Source of the DNA: Camelus dromedarius
Taxonomy: Eukaryota
Assembly: GCF_036321535.1 (NCBI RefSeq)
Contig: NC_087436.1
Coordinates: forward strand, 53,074,001-53,138,000
Direction: 5' to 3'
Length of the DNA stretch: 64,000 bases
This document shows positions 59,076-64,000 of this stretch, in pieces. The notes under the pieces were generated by a model. It was not told the origin of the DNA and did no database searches. It worked only from the letters and a program-made list of their open reading frames with translations. Position 1 is the first letter of the stretch. Each line of letters begins with the position of its first letter. Position numbers and translations under genes: made by a program.

Positions 59076-61504
59076 GACTAGGAGGAATGAAGGCTTCTCC
59101 AACAGGAATCCAGCTGTGGCTTTGAGATAAGATGAAGGGTTGGGCTGGATGAGCTCTCAAAGTCCTTTAGCACTTCTCTAGTTATGTGTCGTGTCAAATA
59201 TAGTCAACTGCAGCCTGCTGGCAAATGAAAGGCAGGATAAAAACTGCCAGTGCGGGACACAAGTTCCAAGAACTGCCTAGAAAAGGAAAGCTAGGAAAGT
59301 AAGGCAAGCAACTTAACTAAGCCTTAATGCCCTATTGTTTGCCACTTGGAATGACATTAAAATGACAAGCAAGACCAACATGAACTCAACCGTACATATT
59401 TACAAACATAGTCCATCCTCAGCAATTTTGGTCTGAAATCCATTGTTTTATGCTGTTTGCTAGCATTTACCCTTTAAGTCTTGCCGTTTTTACATGGATT
59501 AGATGGGGCGAAGTTGGCTGAAAACTTCTTCAGCTGCATTGGAATCAGATTGCCTAGGGACAGTGTTGGAAATGACAACAGTTCTGGGAAAAAGGCTCAG
59601 TACCCTTAATTTTGATATTCCCCCAAATATCTTAGGTTCATGGCAACTGGCAGCATGACTAATTTCTTTATGTAACTGCCCTGCTCAGATTAAGCAAGCC
59701 ACTGCTTTCATTAGCTAAAAATGCTGCAATTTCACTTTCTAGAAAGGATTATGTTCATCATTAATCTCCCTGAATTCTCTCTTCTCAAAAACTGTGTCAG
59801 GAAATCTTTGTCATAGAACTTGGTTTACTAAAAAAGGTCTGATGTGGCACAAAGCTACCTTCAGTCTGAAAGACACCTGGATGAAAGCATGAGGTTCTCG
59901 AAGCAGAGCTTGGGACACGTTGGGAGCGAGCCCTAAGGATATTTACTGCTACATTCAGTCTAGAACAAAATGTGTTTGTGGTGGGATGCAGATACTGCTT
60001 CAGGCATCAAAAGTAACATAAAGGAACACAGAGTATTCTGAGAAAACCGCATTAATCACGGCCAAATTTTAACCTATGCCTATGAACTGCAGAACCACAG
60101 TATCAGAGTTCTGCATTTGTACGGTAACTGTGATTATTTCCAAATGAGCCCTACTGTGTGCCCTGCCTCAGAGGTATTTCTTCCGTTGGATCTTATTCTC
60201 TGTTCCCAATTTGAAAACGATAATCTTATTAGTCCACCCAACCCAGCAGAGGTCTGTGATACAGACTTTGGCCTTCCCATCGACCATATGTTATGGGAAT
60301 TTCAAAACACACCAAGTGCCATGGGAAAGAATATTTCACTACTATTAAGACAATGAGCCTTTTGTGGGGAGAGAGCATTTCCACTGCACTGAGGAGTGCC
60401 TTGGCTTTCTGGGACAATTACACATCTCCCATGCAAAGGAATCATGGAAGAATTCTTATGTATAGTCACAGAGGAATCTGTTTGGACCCCTGTAAGAGGA
60501 TAGACCACGGACCTCTATAGAAGGACAAACCACTCTTTCTTTAGTGAAAGGGACTAAACCACATACTGCAGTGGTTCTAATTTTTGAGGGGTCTAAAATA
60601 AGTGGAACTAACAGTTTTTGAGCACCTATTGTGCCCCCAAAGCTCTACATTTGCTATCTCATTTAATTCCCATACTGCCTTCCCTGGCAGGCATTATATC
60701 TAAAGACTGACAGACTGAATAGAAAAATCAGGCTTGGAGGCTCCACATTTGGAGCTGAAAGGAACACCCAGCCTGTCTCTAGTGGGGAGAATTTTCTACT
60801 ACTATACACAGCTATCACAAAATCTTAACTATTTTGTTTCCTAGTGTGCAAGGAGACCTGTTCTGAGAAATACTGCAAGAAAAGATAGAACCCAGGCTTA
60901 TGTCCTTGTGACCCAGAGTGTATATTTATTTAAATTCTTGTCTATGAACCAGAGGAACAAGACACTGCAGCTTTGTTTTGTAGCCAGTGTGACCCCTTTG
61001 ATCTTTTACTTTTGGTCCCAAAGGTGTTTCTTGCAGCTCAGACACTGATATTTTGACAACTCATCCTATTGCTTCCATTCAGGAAAAAAAAAAAGTTCTT
61101 TGCTGGCTAAAGAGGCTTTCCCTATTAATCTGGCTTTATCAGACATCCTTCTCTGAAGAGTAATCCAGTTAGCTGAAAAGGGAGAGAGAGAGTGAGCACA
61201 GAGTAATTCCATCTGCCCTGGCAGTTGTGACAAGCCACCCGCTGCCAACATTTCCTCCAATGTCAGCACTTGACCTAGAGTGGTATGTGCCTCTGAAGCT
61301 GGGATGGCATTACTGGAGTGCTCTGCAGAGCCAGGGAGCCTCAAACAGCTTATTTGTATAATACACCCAGGTCTGCCAAACACTCCAATCTGAAATACAC
61401 AGACATTGGGTTATGTTTAACAGCTAAGGGAAGATGTTTCTCTTTGAATATGCCTTTGGTGCCCTAGCTTAATGAATTAAAAAACCTTACAAGATAATCC
61501 AAAT

Positions 61505-61722
61505 CAGGGGTTGGCAAACTATAGCTTGCAGACAACTCTGGCCCACTGGTTGTTTTTGTAAATAAAATTTTATTGGAACACTGCCACACTCATTTGTTAA
61601 TATCTCACTAATGGCTAATTTTACTCTACAACGGCAGAGCTGAGTAATTGTACCAGAGACCATGTGTCCCACAGAACCTAAAATATGTACTTTCTGTCTT
61701 TTACACAAAGAGTTCGCCAACC
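61505..61722. mobile_element. MER58A hAT relic in MTTP intron
   Basis: TIRs CAGGGGTTGGCAAACT / AGTTCGCCAACCCT; internal TTTTTGTAAATAAAATTTTATTGGAACAC. Confidence 0.85.
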
Positions 61723-62239
61723 CTAACCTAGATTACTACTTACGTTTGCATCAAATTTTATACCCTGGTTCAAACCACTGGGCATTGGTGATGGGTAGGT
61801 TTGATCAAAAGATGAGTACACATAGATGGGTGTTGAACTGTTATTATTCCTACATCTTAAAATGTGGGCTATTTTCTCAGCACTCTTACGCCTTCTTTAG
61901 AGATTCTTTCATTAAGAATGCATTTCCCCAGAGGTAATACCGCAATGGAAATGTGCAGTGTAAAATTCCAATGTAATTTGAGAACAAATTTTCCTGTGTG
62001 AACGTGAGGATTAAGGAGGTATGAAAGTCATTGCTGGTTGCCCTTCTTTTAACTCATATTGACAGAATCACAGCTTTGTTTAGAATGTCAATATAATAAT
62101 TGAGAAACTATATTTATCAGCTTCTCTTGAAGCTACGGGCGTCCATATGACACAGCTTCATCATTAACAAAAGGGTTTCCTTTGGCAGATGCTTATCTTT
62201 TATAGGAATAGATAGGGCTTCCAGGAAAGTTCTTGAACG

Positions 62240-62525
62240 AATCAGACTCTGCTGCCCCTACCCTTCCCTCTTCCTTCCTGGAATGAGGAAGTAGTGCTGG
62301 AATGCAGCAGCCGTCTGATATTCATGAGGTAACAAGCACAAGGTTAAAGCCATGAGTAAAGATGGCTGAGCTGAGGAAAAAGAGTCTAGATCCTGATAGT
62401 ATCTTAGGGTGCTCATATCAACCCTGAAGTAGCAACTTCCAAATATTTGTTACATGATAAAAATCAAACCATGTGGTTAAGCTACCCAAACTTGGTTATT
62501 TTTGTTCTAGACAGCTATCCTGACC
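62240..62525 (+). mobile_element. MLT1J/I-like LTR remnant in MTTP intron
   Basis: CTTCCTGGAATGAGGAAG...GCAGCAGCCGTCTG...AAAGATGGCTGAGC...GTTAAGCTAC. Confidence 0.5.
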
Positions 62526-63857
62526 TGTGATGAGGAATAATAAAGATAGGGAATTAATATTTTGTTCCCATCAATGAAGTTTCATGGGAGTTTTAGTAAT
62601 ATCTGATACTTAAGGTCTCTCCCAGATCTTAAAAGCTATGATTTCATAACTAGAACCCAACAAATCAAAATCCTCATATTACCTGGCAAAGAATAAAGCT
62701 GATAAAAACTTTGGATCATCTGTTCCAAATGCCTCACTTTATCAGTAGGAAATCTTAGTTTAAAGCTATTAAGTAACTGCTCAAGAGCACACAGACAGTA
62801 ACTAGCGGAGGCAAAATTCAAACCCAAGCTATTACTTGTAAATGTATTAAACCACAAAAGCAAACTTCCCAAGCAAGTTCTATAGCCTATAAATTTTAAT
62901 CTAATCTCCTCATATATATTCAGTATCACAATTATGAATGAGTGTGCCCAGTGACCACTTTAAGGATTTCACATAAGCTCCTTATTTGGCAAATATTCTG
63001 TTTTTTTATATTGCTGTGCTTAGTGAGGCAGGAAATAAGTTAAGCCAAAAAAAGTTTAAGCATCGAACATTCAAACTCAAAGGTTATTCAGATTAACCTT
63101 CTTCTGTTTCTCAGAAATTCAAAGAGGCAGACCACGCCCATCCCACAGTAACTTGGTCACCTAAATCTCTCACTGCATGGAAGATGGTATGGTCATACCT
63201 TAGTACAGTAATGTAAGATTTGGGGGTGAAGAAAATTGAAAACTATTCTGAAGAATGCAGTTCAAGTGAATGAAAGTTCTCTTATTCTCTAATAATGAAT
63301 GAACCTTTGTAAACATGAGAATTTAGAGCAAAGAGTCTCCATTAAACACATGCTTGGTGTAAGCGGTTGCCTATGCCTCCACTGATTTGGCAGGGTCAAA
63401 ACGATGCATTATTTGGATCTTTATCATCGATGTCATGATAAATATCATCAGTAACTTATGAAGCCATGTAGTTCAGCTCCTGTCTTCAGAAAAAAATGTA
63501 ATCTAAGTCCACATATCTAGGAAATTCAAGTGGAGAGGTAATACCATCTCTTCTCTGTCAAATCCTAGGTTATTTTTCCATAACTTCTTGTTTCTATTAG
63601 CACCAGTTTTTTTCCCTCTCTCTCCCTTTTTGGCTTTATTGAGATATAACTGATATTATATTATATTCATATTAAATTGAGTATGTCCTCTTTTGCCTCA
63701 ACAGTGAGATGTCTTCACCAGCTAACAAAAGCCAAAGGAAACCCCATTTACTTATAGCAAAGGAGAAAAGGAGAAAGGGCACAATACCAAGAGAGCAGAC
63801 TGCTTAGAGTGTGAGCTCGAAGATGGGTGGAACTTTGTCCTGTATCCTCCAAGCCTA

Positions 63858-64000
<143 letters not shown>

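Noticed and set aside
62980..62989. CArG box in an MTTP intron
   Set aside because: Isolated 10-mer expected by chance in AT-rich DNA of this length.

Overview
This is mammalian (eutherian) genomic DNA, almost certainly camelid: it carries four copies of a tRNA-derived SINE matching the camelid Vic-1 family, plus cetartiodactyl-type L1 3' ends. It holds two convergent protein-coding genes. (1) C4orf54 (+ strand): a 1799-aa, largely low-complexity DUF4585-family protein whose whole CDS (27043-32442) lies in one ~5.5-kb exon. A non-coding upstream exon (donor ~24299) and a spliced, long 3'-UTR exon (from ~39932 to ~44.6 kb) are predicted. (2) The 3' end of MTTP (- strand): four coding exons at 63915-64000 (partial), 58488-58612, 56332-56502 and 54658-54829, with canonical GT-AG sites and consistent phases. 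The rest is intronic or intergenic sequence rich in L1, L2, MIR, MLT1 LTRs, hAT DNA-transposon relics and microsatellites. I see no prokaryote-type system (no CRISPR, operon or rRNA) and cannot claim a wholly new biological system. The most noteworthy observations are: an unexplained ~73-nt direct repeat in the putative C4orf54 3'-UTR; a TSD-flanked L1 5'-end-only insertion nested between an L2 and a SINE; a motif apparently shared between C4orf54 and CEFIP/C10orf71; and a young L1 fragment that could donate a poly(A) signal to MTTP. Repeat subfamily names and comparisons with human proteins are from recall, not from database searches.
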